This document shows, one piece after another, positions 38,733-52,046 of a stretch of 64,000 nucleotides of DNA. A program made the position numbers and the translations under genes. The stretch's first letter is position 1. Each line of letters opens with the position of its first letter. The stretch comes from Paraspadella gotoi. Taxonomy: Eukaryota > Animalia > Chaetognatha. The notes beneath the pieces were generated by a model. It was given only the letters and a program-made list of their open reading frames with translations. It was not told the origin of the DNA and searched no databases. The stretch is taken from NCBI GenBank assembly GCA_051294375.1, contig CM119271.1, positions 15,196,770-15,260,769 on the forward strand, read 5' to 3'.

Positions 38733-40032
38733 CTATCTAGAAAAAAGTTAGAACATTTTTTTTTAAAAGTTTATTTATTCATAAAAAATATACAAAACAT
38801 GGGTAAAACATTCTCAATATTGGTATGCCCTCTCTCGGCATCGACCACTGCCTGCATTCGTCTGGGCATGCTCTCGTAAAGCGAATTGAGGTACGAAGGT
38901 GAAATGTTTTTCCACACCTTTTCCACTTCTTTTCAGCCCCGATGTTGATGTTGCGCGTTCTCGACTTTGCATCTTTTTCATCTGCGACCAAAGCGATTCA
39001 ATTGGATTGAGGATCGGGGGAGTTCCCCGGCCAACCGAGAATAAGTTGATATGATGATTGCATGCAACTGCTTAGTCGTAGCGCTCTATGCGCAGGAGCT
39101 CCGTCTTCCATAAAGCGATAGGATCCACGATTTCCGCGCTCAGAAAGATTTTAATGTTTGCCTTCTTTAATATGTCCTGATAACGTCTGCATTGATGGTG
39201 CCATTGACAAAAACAGCTTGGCTTTTTTCGTCTTGTGATGGCACCAAAGACCATGATTTTGACCAGGTGCTTCGTTGTAGTTGCGACACACTCCGGAAGA
39301 AGCTTCACCAGACGACGCCGAATAAACCGCAACCTGCCATTTCTCGAATCTGAATCCACGATTCATCAGAGAAGGCAACCTTGACCAGTCAGCGACGGAC
39401 CAATGGGGAATGATCATTGTGCAAACTGAGACGCTTTGCTTTGATTTTCTCTGTCTTTAAGCTTGTCTTTCGACGTGTACGAGCTGAAAGTCCTGCTGGA
39501 CAGACGGTTGTGACCGTTTTCGATCAACATTAACGGCGGTGCTTTGTAGCTTTTCCTCCATTCCCTTATTCATCTCAGACGGCCGACTTTTTTCGATCCG
39601 CTAAGCAGAGTCTTCAGAATCTGGTCTTGAGCTGGTGTGGTACTTTTTGGTCTTCAGAGCGTGCTGACACACCAAATGTTTTTGATTTGTTGTATCGAGG
39701 TAAAAAATTTGCCAATGGTGGAACGAGGGATTCAAGTCTATTGGCTGATGAATTGTTGCGTCTTTCCCTCTTTCTCAGAGCTACAATTGCACCTTTATGA
39801 ACCAAAGAGAGGGGCTGTCTATTCGCATAACAAATTTAAAAAAAATGAAAAAATAACTAACTCAATTTGAAATAGAAACAAATAACTCATACAAGAATTG
39901 TGAAACTAAAGGCGATTTTTTCCGCCATTTTTCACTTGAGTAGCAATCTTATTTTGCCTCTAAACTTCTATACGGTTGGATCTACGAAAAATGGAAGGAA
40001 GCACTGAAGGAAATTTAGTGTAGAATCTGAAA
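38733..40032 (-). mobile_element. Tc1-like DNA transposon, truncated by the assembly gap
   Basis: TA followed by TIR CTATCTAG-AAAAAAGTTAGAACATTTTT; transposase motifs; same flank as the 42758 copy. Confidence 0.92.
38814..39828 (-). pseudogene. Tc1/mariner DDE transposase, frameshifted in this assembly
   Basis: Motifs across frames: KGAIVALR, WSVADWSR...SDES, KHLVKIMVFGAIT, MEDGAPAHRA, WPGNSPDLNPIESLW, LYESMPRRMQAVVDA. Confidence 0.9.
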
Positions 40033-40057
40033 NNNNNNNNNNNNNNNNNNNNNNNNN
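40033..40057. other. 25-N assembly gap
   Basis: Run of 25 n; downstream sequence restarts at the equivalent of ~36003. Confidence 0.99.
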
Positions 40058-40250
40058 AGGGAATGATCGAGGGGAGGAAGGGAAGGAGAGGGAAATGGGG
40101 AGAAGGGGCAGGGGTGCAAATTGGGAACGAGGGATTAATTAAGTGTATAAATAAATGGATATAAAAATGAAGGAACTGAAGAAATTAAAAAATGATCGAT
40201 TAAGTCATTGAAGGAAATAGACGATAGATTTCCGACCGCGAAAGATTCCA

Positions 40251-40294
<44 letters not shown>

Positions 40295-40464
40295 GTTTGT
40301 CAATTGATTTGATCTCGTCTTCTCTCACAGTTTTTTTCTTCCTTCGAGATAGAATTTTACAACCAACGAGAGAAAATGATAATGATAATGATGATTAATG
40401 ATTAATGATTAATGAGTAATGATTAATATTTTATTTAGAAATCGTGATTATCGTCGTCGTCGTT

Positions 40465-40510
<46 letters not shown>

Positions 40511-40621
40511 ACTCTAATGTCCGTGACAAATTTTGTTGAATTAATAAAAAATACTTATAGTACAAAATGCCTTAGTATTTTTTTATCATTTGAAATTGAA
40601 GCAACTCCAATTATATTTTAG

Positions 40622-40663
<42 letters not shown>

Positions 40664-40822
40664 CTATCTCCGACTTCTGGTATAATTCGATCGTAAAAAA
40701 ACCACGAAAAAAAAGCTCAATAATTGTTTTTAACGATTTTTAACAATGTTTTTATTATCGTCGCTTTAGCGTCGAAGCCAGAGACTTCAATTCAGTTTTA
40801 TCTCTCTCTCTCTCTCTCTCTC

Positions 40823-40871
<49 letters not shown>

Positions 40872-43800
40872 CTGCGGAGACATCGTCCTCCCGATAAGTT
40901 CGTGATAAATAAACATTGGAACAAAACCGAAACTCGGTGGAGGGAAATTTTGGGATGGAGAAGGGGAAGGAGAGGAGAAGGGAGAGAGAGGAGGGAGGAG
41001 GGAAGAAGGACGAAGAGGAGGGAGAGAGGAAGAGGAGGAGGAAAAGGAGAGAGGGAGGGAGAGGAAAAGGAGGAGGAAAGGGATGGAGAGGAGGAAGAAA
41101 TCAAAAGAAAAGGAAAAAGTTGTTTTGAGTAAAAAGGAAATTTAAACGCAATTTGGAGAAAATGAAAGAAAGGAAAGGAGAGGAAAGGACAGGAAAGGAA
41201 AAGAAAGGAAAGAAAGGAATTAAGGAAAGGAAAGGATGAAAGGAGAGAAAAGGAAAGGAAAGGGAAAGGAAAGGAAAGGAGAGGAAAGGAAATGAAAGGA
41301 AAGAGGAAAGAAGGAGAGGAAAAGAAAGGAAAGGAAAGAAAGGAAAGAGAAAAGAAGAGAAAGGAAAGGAAAGGAAGGAAAGGAAAGGAAAGGGAAGGGA
41401 AATGAAGAGAAAGGAATGGAAAGGAAAGGAAAGGAAAGGAAAGGAAAGGAAAGGAAAGGAAAGGAAGGGAAAGGAGATGGAAAGGAAATGGAAAGGAAGG
41501 AAAGGAAAGGAGAGGAAAAGAAAAGAAAGGAAAGGAGAGAAAGAAAGGAAAGGAAAGGAAGAGAAAGGAATGAAAAGGAAAGAAAGGAAAGGAAGGAGAA
41601 AGGAAGGAGGAAGGAAGGAAAGGAAAGGAAAGAAAGGAAAGAAGGGTGGAAAGAAAGGATTAAGGGAAAAAGAGGGTTGAAGAAGGAGAGAGAAGAGGAA
41701 AAAAATTGGAGGTCGATCGGGGTTAAAGATGGCGGACTCTGACAAAGGGAGGAAAAGAAAAGAAAAGAAAAAGAAAAGAAAAGAGAAAAAGAAAGAAACG
41801 AGGAAAAATTAGAGATGGAAGGAGAGAAGTAGAAAAAAAGAGAGGTTCAGCGGCAAAAGATGAAGAGAAAAGGTTAGGGAGACAAGTGAAGTTTTAGGAG
41901 GGAAGAGAAAAGGAAATAGGAAAAGAGAGGAAAAGAAGCAAAAAAGAGAAGAGAAAATAGAGAAAGAATATTAGATATGTTCAGTAGCAAAAGATGAGAT
42001 AGACAAAAGAGGTTCAGCTAGAAAAGAAGAGAGATGGGATAGTAGAAAGGATAGAAAATAAAAGAGATGGGATAGTAGAAAAGGATAGTGTTAGAGAGAT
42101 GATGATGAGGAAGAGAGAGTGAGGAGTCGACGACAACATTCTGCCAAAAAGGGCAAAACGACAAAAACAATCCAGGGGGAATTTCGCCAGGCGGAGGAGG
42201 AGGAGGAGGAGGAGGAGGAGAGAGCAAGTGACAAGAATCTGCAAAAAGGAGTGAAAACGCCAACCAAGAAAAAAAAAGAAAAGAAAAAGAAAAAGAAAGA
42301 AGAAAAGGTAGACCGTTTCTTTCATCCGGATTCGGATGTAGTTGAATGGGATTATCTTGAAATTTTTTTTGTTTTAGTTTTTCAGCCGATGTGGAATTGA
42401 ATTTAAGATTTTTTTTAAATTCCGATATTTCTTATATTAATACTTATGGGAGTGGTGCTTTTATACGATTGAAATATTTTTTGAACGATATACATACAAC
42501 TCATTGATGGGAAGCCACGAAGCCACGCACTCTGGAGGGAATAAAACAGGTGTGAGAGAATCGATTGAAAGCTTTAGGGTTATGTTATTATCATGCAAGA
42601 GGAATAGACGCCACAACCCATATAGCCTGGTCTAAAGTCAGGGGCAAGATAGCTTATTTGTTAAATGAATGGATAGTTTTATTGTATAATTTTTTAAAAC
42701 TTCATCTCGTATTAATGAGATATCTTACTAAATCGTTAAACAGTCAGAGAAGAGGTACTATCTAGGAAAAAAGTTAGAACATTTTTTTTTAAAAGTTTAT
42801 ATTATTCATAAAAACATATACTAAACATGGGTAAAACATTCTCAATATTGGTATGCCCTCTCTCGGCATCGACCACTGCCTGCATTCGTCTGGGCATGCT
42901 CTCGTAAAGCGAATTGAGGTACGAAGGTGAAATGTTTTTCCACACCTTTTCCACTTCTTTTCAGCCCCGATGTTGATGTTGCGCGTTCTCGACTTTGCAT
43001 CTTTTCATCTGCGACCAAAGCGATTCAATTGGATTGAGGATCGGGGGAGTTCCCCGGCCAATCCAGAGAATAAGTTGATATGATGATTGGCATGCCAACT
43101 GCTTCAGTCGTAGCGGCTCTATGCGCAGGAGCTCCGTCTTCCATAAAGCGATAGGATCCACGATTTCCGCGCTCAGAAAGATTTTATGTTGCCTTCTTTA
43201 ATATGTCTGATAACGTCTGCATTGATGGTGCCATTGACAAAAACAGCTTGCTTTTTTACGTCCTTGGTGATGGCACCAAAAGACCATGATTTTGACCAGG
43301 TGCTTCGTTGTAGTTGCGACACACTCCGGAAGAAAGCTTCACCCAGACGACGCCGAATAAACGCAACCTGCCATTTCTCGAATTCTGAATCCACGATTCA
43401 TCAAGAAGGCAACCTTGACCAGTCAGCGACGGACCAATGGGGATGATCATTGTGCAACTTGAGACGGCTTTGCTTTGATTTTCTCTGTCTTTAAGCTTGC
43501 TTTCGACGTGTACGAGCTGAAAGTCCTGCTGGACCAGACGGTGTTGACCCGTTTTCGATCAACATTTAACGCGGTGCTTTGTAGCTTTCTCCATTCCCTT
43601 ATTCAGTCTCAGACGCCGACTTTTTTCGATCCGCTAAGCAGAGTCTTCAAGAATCTGGTCTTGAGCTGTGTGGATATTTTTGGTCTTCAGAGCGTGCTGA
43701 CACACCAAATGTTTTTGATTTGTTGTTTCGAGGTAAAAAATTTGCAATGGTGGAACAAGGATTCCAAGTCTATTGGCTGATGAATTGTTGCCGTTCTTTC

Positions 43801-44070
43801 CCTCTTTTCTCAGAGCTACATTGCACCTTTATGAACCAAAGAGAGGGGCTGTCTATTCGCATAACCAAATTTAAAAAAAATGAAAAAATAACTAACTCAA
43901 TTTGAAATAGAAACAAATAACTCATACAAGAATTGTGGAAACTAAAGGCGATTTTTCCGCCATTTTTCACTTGAGTAGCAATCTTATTTTGCCTCTAAAC
44001 TTCTATACGGTTGGATCTACGAAAAAATGGAAGAAGCACTGAAGGAAATTTAAGTGTAGAATCTGAAACA
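40058..44070 (+). repeat. Direct duplicate of ~36003-40032 (probable overlap artefact)
   Basis: Colinear, differs mainly by single-base indels, starts exactly at the gap. Confidence 0.95.
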
Positions 44071-44149
44071 TCCTGATTTTTTAAAAATCGAGCAAGTTTT
44101 CGAGTAGATATCCTCAATTAAAAATGTTCTAACTTTCTTTCCTAGATAG
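42758..44149 (-). mobile_element. Full-length 1392-bp Tc1-like transposon with ~30-bp TIRs and TA TSD
   Basis: Left CTATCTAGGAAAAAAGTTAGAACATTTTT; right AAAAATGTTCTAACTTTCTTTCCTAGATAG; TA at 42756-42757 and 44150-44151; empty site at 63358-63359. Confidence 0.96.
42842..43862 (-). pseudogene. Tc1/mariner transposase (~340 codons), frameshifted in this assembly
   Basis: Same motifs as 38814-39828, with many indels at different positions. Confidence 0.9.
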
Positions 44150-45519
44150 TATCATAATATAACATAATAATATAATATTATTCATAACGTTAGAAATGAT
44201 TTTAAATGTATACAAAGTCTCTTCGTGAATATCTGAATGATCGATCAGTCAATTGATTTTATTCTCAACTTTAATGATTTTATATTATCTTTATTCTCAC
44301 TGTCGAATTCTACTAATAGTAGTTAATGATGAATTTCAAAATTTTAAAAAAGATCTCTCTTCTCATTGATCCATTAATTAGTCTTTGTATAAAAGAAAGG
44401 GCAACTTTTATTGTTTTGAAGAGATTTCCTGGGACCATAAGGTAATTGATTGATTTACTGACAAATTATAAATAGTGGAATAGTATTAATAAATGATTAT
44501 TTTTGTAGCTTTGAGCTTTACACAGCTCTTCAATATATCTTCTAATTGCTCTTCCAATGGCTGCTACTGATTGCTATTTCGATGCCTTATAAACTGTCAA
44601 CTAATACTACTAATACTAATACTACTAATGTGTTACTGAATTACAACTAACTTCAATGATACTGTTGAATTGAGTTACGTTTATTGATGAGTCAACAATA
44701 GAAAAATTAATATGAAGGTAACTCATTGCTCGATCGTGTTCCAAAGTTCGTAAGAAACGTGCAATCTCTAAACAATAACGTTTCCAACCAGAAGCTAATC
44801 GAGATTCCCGCTGTTTTTGTTTGTTATTGTTGTTAATATAATGTAATGTTCATACATTATGATTAATCAGAGATCAATATCTATCGTTTGGAAAATCAAA
44901 TTAGGAGAACGAAAATGTGTAATGTTAAGCTGATGATGATGATGATGAAGATGACATCGTGGTTGTGCCTTTGAGATTGTAGTCAGTCATTGCAAAAAGT
45001 TCAACCCGTGACTATGTGGCTCATCGAATATACCGTCAGCTCATGACTGATGAGTACCCGGATCGATCCCCAACGCACATTTCCAGCTGAAACTCTTAAA
45101 CTTGGTTCAAGCCATTATCCGTTTCCAAGGATCCGAAGGGGAACAAAAGTTACGAAGAGTCGTCGACTCACTTAAGCTGGTATCCACGGGATCAGACATG
45201 AAAACTGAGCAATAATAAAAAAAATTATACATAAAAATGTGCTACAATTAAACATTGCATCGGTTGCCAATTTAACATTGGATGCATTCCGATGCCACTG
45301 AATGCAACTGGACGCCAAAAAGCACGATTCTTTATTGGTTTCGCTCGAATGATTCTCACTGATATGGCAACAATTGTCTGTTTCACGAAATCCTTCTGCT
45401 CTTTTCTCTCTCTATGGATTGGTGAGAGGGGGGCTGGGAAAAGGGGAGAGAGAGAGAGAGAGAGACTCGACCGCGTTGGCTCGCGCGCGCGCTCGGCGCG
45501 TCGTCTCGCTCTCCCATAT

Positions 45520-45566
<47 letters not shown>

Positions 45567-46011
45567 TCTCTCTCTCCGCGCTCGCCGTGAGTCGGACTTC
45601 GTCTTTCTTCCAAAGGCACGTTCGTCCTGAAGTAAAAGTAAAAATATAAAAAAATATAAAGAAAAAAAGTTTTTAAAAACAAATGAACAAAAAGATGCAA
45701 GATCTCAAAACGAGGCTAAATAATAAATATATAAATAATAAATAAATAAATAAATAATAAAATTAGTACAAAATCAATTCCAGAATTAATTAAAAAAATT
45801 CTAAAATGCACCCAAATTTGTTTTCGTTCAAATTTAAAAAAATTCTCAAAAAAAGCGATTTTCTCTTATCTTTTTTTTCCTTCGCGACTTGAATTTTTTT
45901 TTCAGCGCCCAACGCCTCGTTTTTCGTCTCTGTTGTCATCAGCGTCGCTTTTTATTGTCCCTGTATTTTTTTTCATCATCGTCTCCCTCTCTCTATCTAT
46001 TTTTCTCTTCT

Positions 46012-46044
<33 letters not shown>

Positions 46045-47123
46045 AATTCCCTTTCCCGGATTTTATGGGATCAAAAAAAAAGGGTGACTCGAAACGACAG
46101 TAAGAGTTTTTTGTCCTCATGGAATCTTGCATTGCATTGTTATATTTTCTGCAGATTTGAACCTCGCAATGGGTCGCAGTCTTTAAGCTACTTTGTCACC
46201 AGGTCTTTACTCTTTCGGTCTCAAAGTCCTTTAAGCCAGTCTTACTTTTTTAGGTATCAATAACTTTATTTGCCAGGGTCTTTTAGGTCTCTGTACTTTT
46301 AGGCAAAATTTTTTTAATTCTCAAGTCTTTTTTTTTAAACCTTGAAATGAACTTTAAGGTCTTGGCTGGAATCTAAATAGTTTATAACGGAATAAAAGTT
46401 TAAGATCCGTTCAAAGCTAATCAAGTTTAAAGCTACCGGGTTTCAAAGCTAATCACCGGAAACATAGAATTACTTTCTTGATCCAGAGTTCTTCACTTGT
46501 AAATACGTAAGCATATTTGAATTCGAAATGGTCCCATAAGCCTAAAGCAGATCCCAAGTGTCTGAAGTAATGATAACGGAAAAATCACCTGGACCCACTG
46601 GCCAGAACAAAGTTGGCGGGGGGGGGCTCATCCACACCGACAGAAGCACTGCCTACCTTTCTTCTTTACAATTACTTAAAACTAATTTTTAGTTTAGGAA
46701 TTTGAAAAAAATTATAAAATAATAAAATAAAGAAAACTAAAACGACGATGACGAAGACAACGTTTTACAACAAAGACAAACACAATAGAACTTCGTATAC
46801 AATAACAACAACAACAAAAACGACGACGACAATCGCAAAGACGACGACGACGACGGACGGCCCGCGGGAAATCACAACTCTTTTTTTCTTTCAAAACGAA
46901 AATCCCATCTCGAAAAAGTCTGTTTTACAGTAATACAATTAATTAATTAAATTAATTAAAAAAAATAAAAAAATATCACCACGTCGGGAGACCAAATGCC
47001 TCATTGCCCAATGCCCCAATGCAGCAATGCCGAACCGCGTGTTTCCAATTGGATTCGGAAAAAACAAATTGCTGCGTTTTGTGTGTGGGCGATTTGTTTT
47101 TTCCGCACCTCTCTCTCCTCTCT

Positions 47124-47200
<77 letters not shown>

Positions 47201-48219
47201 CGCGTATCCATCTCAAATGTCTGTCACGTATCAGCAACTCGATTTTTTTTCTTCTTTCGACGTCGAATTTCATTCGAACCGAAAAAAGAGAAAAAAAATA
47301 ATTTTGCGTCGACAATGAACTCGAGCGGAAGTTGGCCACGCCCATTTCTGCCTCCCCCCTTTCCGCCCCAAACCTTTGGTCACGTGAAGGCTCGTTCTCA
47401 CGGCTCACGAATCGTGACAAACTGCGGTTTCACCGACTCGGGTATAACTTATACTTTTAACAGTTCACGAAGCTCACGAACGAAAGGGGTGCTGTGATTC
47501 ACTAGGTTCCGTGGCCAAGCTGCCTTCCTCACAGTTTAAACGGTCTTGGAGCAAGGGATACAGCTCTGTGACGGAAAAGTTCACCGTTTATTGGCGAAGA
47601 ATTCACATGATTAGAGAATAGTCAAAGTTTACAGTGAACCTCTTCTTAAATCTAGAAACTCTAGAAAATGAATATATTTTGTATTTGTGTTAAATTATCA
47701 GCTCTACTTATTATTTTGTTATAAATAGAAACTTTTTTTCAACTTACTCCTTTCTCACAGAAGACAGAAGAGAAGAATGATAAAAAAATCCCTAAAAAAA
47801 TCCCTCAAAAAAGCGGAAAAAAAGCAGAAAACGAGAAAATATGAATTCGCATCGAAAATTCCCAAATTTTCGCGAAGAAGTTTTCGTCGTCTTCGTCTCG
47901 TCATCGTGTCGTCTGTTTTGTCCATTTTGGCCTATTCCCCTTTTTTTGTTTGGGTGTTATCGCTACCGACGTTGTCGTCGTCGTTGTTGTTGTTACCGCA
48001 GGCGTCAACTTTGTTATCGTCGTCGTCGTCGTCGTCGTCGTCGTCTCAGATGTTATGATCGCGTGATTGTTTGTCAAGGAATCCAGCGGTTGCACAAGTT
48101 AGTATAAGTTATATATACTATAAGTTATTTACGTTAAAGCGCTCCATTTTAGCTAAAATTCAATAATTAAGTATACAGTTTTTATGTTTAGAGTTGAAGG
48201 TTAGAAGATAAAGATTATG

Positions 48220-48357
48220 AAATTGGTACAACCAATATAAAAATTATCCATTCATTTAATAAATAAGCTATCTTGCCCTGACTTTGGACAGGCTTTGGTG
48301 GTTTAAGGCCTCCATCACTCTTACAAGATAATGACATTATGACATTATGACATTATG
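48220..48357. mobile_element. Well-preserved R1 copy with terminal hairpin and (GACATTAT)3
   Basis: AAATTGGTACAACCAAT hairpin, then AAGCTATCTTGCCCTGACTTTGGACAGGCTTTGGTGGTTTAAGGCCTCCATCACTCTTACAAGATAATGACAT. Confidence 0.8.
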
Positions 48358-51259
48358 TTAGGGGTTAGAGATTATTAGGGATCCAAGATTTAGGTGAGTA
48401 ATTGATGATGATTAGGGTTAAAATTAAATTCAGAGGGAAGAACAGATATGGGACGCTTTCGAGAATTAGTGCCAAAAGCATCAAAACTTAATTCGTATTT
48501 TTTTTTCAAAGGGCGAATCGAGAGAAAGATGAGTGGGAGTCGACGAGATAGAGTGAGAGACAATCGGAGAAACGACTTCGACCATCGTGACTGAAGGAGA
48601 TCGAAGGTGAGAAATGTGAAGCAAAGGAGAGGGAGTGAAGTTGTGAGACGATCACTGAGAGTCAGATAAAGTTGAAAGTTAGGGATGTATAACAGAAATA
48701 AAATGTGAATTTGACGTTATAAACTAAATTCTAACTTTATTAAGTTATGGCTTTAGCCTATATTTTTCCAAAGACTTACACCCACAATATAGATTAAGAT
48801 AGATTAAGATAGATTAAGAAAAACCTGGAGAAGACGATCTTTTTAGTTATTTAGTTTATTTGGTTTTTTAGTTTAGTAATCAGTTAATTAGTTTATTAGT
48901 TTATTAAGTTAATCAGTTAATTAGGTTTATCAAGTTTGTCAGTTGGTTTCGTTAGTTAATTTCGATGACATAAAAGTCAAATATATTTCCGTCGTTTTTG
49001 ACGTCATCGTCTTTATGATCAATTTGGTTGTTGTCGTTAAGTATCGTCTTCATCGTCGTCTTCGTCGTCGTCTTTATCGTCGTTGTTATCGTCGTCTTCG
49101 TCGTCATCGTCATCTTTATCATCGTCGTCATCCTTATTCTCTTTATTTATCCAGTTTTTCCTTTCAATTTCTTCTTTTTTCTTTTTACTTTTTGACTTTT
49201 TTCTTTTTTTTTTTTTTCTTTTTTCTCCTCCGATATATTTTTTTTGATGTCGTTATTTTTGTTGTTGTTATCATTTCGCTGCTATCTTGTTTTTCGATGT
49301 CATAGTTTCGTTATTATCGCTGCTAGGGGAGAGGGAGAAAAGCCGATGGCTTAGTGTGGGGGGGGGGGAAGAAATAGCAAGCTAAAGAGGCTCTATCGTA
49401 ATAGCTTACGCTCTGAGCATTTTCTTTTTTTTTTTCTTTCCTTTCTTTTTCTTTTTTCTTTTCTTTCTTCTTTCTTTCTTTCTTCTTCTCAGTCAGTAAG
49501 TTTTGCCCATATTTTTTAAAATTTCATCATCCTAAGTCCTTTTTTAAATCAACATCTGTTGCATCTGTTGACTTCTGTTGTCATCGGGTTGCCATCTGAT
49601 GGCGCCAATCTTTCTTTCGTCATCTGTTGTCTTTTACCATCTTTAGTCTTTTAGCCAGTTCCATCCTGTTTTGGTTTCCATCTCTTAATTTCCAAATAAG
49701 TCATTTTTTAGCTTTAGATATAATTGTATTAATGTATTTGTTTAATATTGTTTTTTATCAATTTAAGTTCCCTTGTTCCTTTTAGAAAATTAAAAGAAAG
49801 GATTTTTGAAATCAGTTCAACGAAAATCATTTAAAAACAATCTGCGTGACTACGTAGTTTCATTAAAAAATATATTTTTGGTTTTATTTCTTAATTTTAC
49901 AAAAATTACAAATTTGCTTAGTTTTTCAAAATCGAGAAAAAAATTTGCCACCAAATTTCATCTGCCCTAAGAAGAAATAATAAGATCATTAACTTATAAA
50001 CTCGTTTGACTGCCAGCTCGTACGCTGGCCATTTGCTCGCTCATTAACCCGAGTCTCCCGCTTAAAAAGGATGCCCGCCTTTCAACTTGCTAGAACGGCG
50101 CCCTTGGCCCGCCTTTAATTCACCCGCGCGCTCCTAAAAATGCCCCCTACCGGGCACGCCCTAAATTTCATTCTCTTCCGCCTTTAGACTCGACGAGTCA
50201 AATTCTTCTTAAAAATTCGGGCTCCTCCCTCTGAAGAGTTGCGAAGGCGTCTCTCTCTCTCTCTCTCTTACAAAAGGGAGAAGGAAAAAAATTTCATTAG
50301 CGTTGGATCAAATTTCTTATGGAGATTTTTTAGTCTTCTTCGTCGTCAGCGACTGAGAGAGAGAGAGAGAGAGACCGAGTAAAGGAAAAGAAATTAGAAA
50401 ATAATAGAGAACACTCTTTTAAGAAATCCGACCAACTAAAATAGGAAATATATTTAATTAGTAGAACATACAATTACGAGCATTGTATACTATTCAGTAT
50501 AATTTAAGCATGACTTATGGCATAAACATACCTTGTGGTTCGAACCATTAAGTACCGGGTTCCATTCCGTGAGAAGCGACAGGTTGCCAAGAAAGTTACC
50601 TATAGTCTTTAGTCCCTAGAGTTGAGAATCAAGGAAAATTTTGAAAAAAAAAATTATTAATAACAAAACGATATTAACAAAATTTGAATACAAAAACAAC
50701 AATAACAGCGTAACCAAGACTGTGGAAGATTCCTTGGGGGTTTCTCAGTTTCAGATGAGAACATTGTTGAGCAGTGCTTATCTCGACTTAATATTAACTC
50801 AATCCATATATCAAAAGATAAAAATAGAATAATAACTTTATTAAGTATTCAATATCCAATAATCATTGAAAAACGTGCATCAGAATGACAGAGAACCAAA
50901 ATATAGCAGCAGCAGTAGAGCCGATACGCAGCAACAGTAGCAGTAGACCGATGCAGCAACAGACCCGAGACGCCAGCAACAGCTCAAAGCTACATAAAAG
51001 CTTAAAATTAATTACCACATTCAAATAATTTCACAAATATCATTTAATACCTGATGGTCTCAGAGGAATCTCCCAAAAACTAAGAATTTACTTTCTTTTA
51101 TATACAAGGACAACATTATAACAACCAATGAGAGAATAGTTCACATTTTGAGAATAAAATCAAAGCATCTACTAGTTATTTATTAACCATTGAGAGACCA
51201 GATATTCAAATTCAATGTATAAAATTTAACCAATTAGAGGCTTTAAACAGAACTATTGG

Positions 51260-51284
51260 NNNNNNNNNNNNNNNNNNNNNNNNN
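51260..51284. other. 25-N assembly gap
   Basis: Run of 25 n; downstream sequence restarts at the equivalent of ~26452. Confidence 0.99.
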
Positions 51285-51289
51285 AAAGG

Positions 51290-51539
51290 ATGCTGTTGTA
51301 TCGGACGAAAGAAAAGAACGCACGAAATCCGAAAATAGGCACAAAAGGAATTGGAGGAATAAAATGGAGAGAGAGAAGAGAGAGAGAGAGAGGAGAGAGA
51401 GAAGGAGAGAGAAGAAGAGAGACAGAGGGTGGGTAAAGGGTTATTAGAGATGAATAGATTGGTATCGTTGGCTGCCTCGATGCCCAGGGGCCCAATTGAA
51501 TTTGAAATGAGGCCAGACTTATGAAGTCTTAGGAGAGGA

Positions 51540-51586
<47 letters not shown>

Positions 51587-52012
51587 TTAGAGAGAGAGAG
51601 ATAGGAACAGAGATGGAGAGAGAGAGAGAGAGTGGAGAGAGAGATAGATAGAAAATTGGAAGTGAATCCGCGAATACAGACAGAGAGAGAGAGAGAAAAA
51701 AAAAAAAAGAGAGAGAGATAGAGCAGAGAGGAAGGAGAAGAGAGGAGAGAGAGAGAGAGAGAGAAATTGGAAGTGAATGCACGAATTAACCAACAGAGAG
51801 AGACAGGGAGAGAAGATAGAGACAGAGAGAGAAAGAGGAAGAGAGAGAGAGAGAACAGAAAGAGAGAGAGAGAAAGAGAGAGAGGGAAATTGGAGTGAAT
51901 GCCCAAATACCAGACAGAGAGAGACAGAGAGAGAGAGTGAGAGAGATAGGAGACAAGAGAGAGAAAGGAAGAAAGGAAGAAAGGGAGACGAGAGAGGAGA
52001 GAGAGAGAGAGC

Positions 52013-52046
<34 letters not shown>

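Noticed and set aside
38733-44149. Two independent tandem Tc1 insertions
   Set aside because: Identical insertion flank and duplication starting at an N gap indicate one insertion represented twice
45047-45095. Hammerhead core CTGATGAG...GAAAC
   Set aside because: Stem II ends do not pair; better explained as coding-like sequence
46455-46600. Minus-strand peptide FRYHYFRHLGSALGLW as a recombinase fragment
   Set aside because: About 42 codons between stops and no other catalytic motifs
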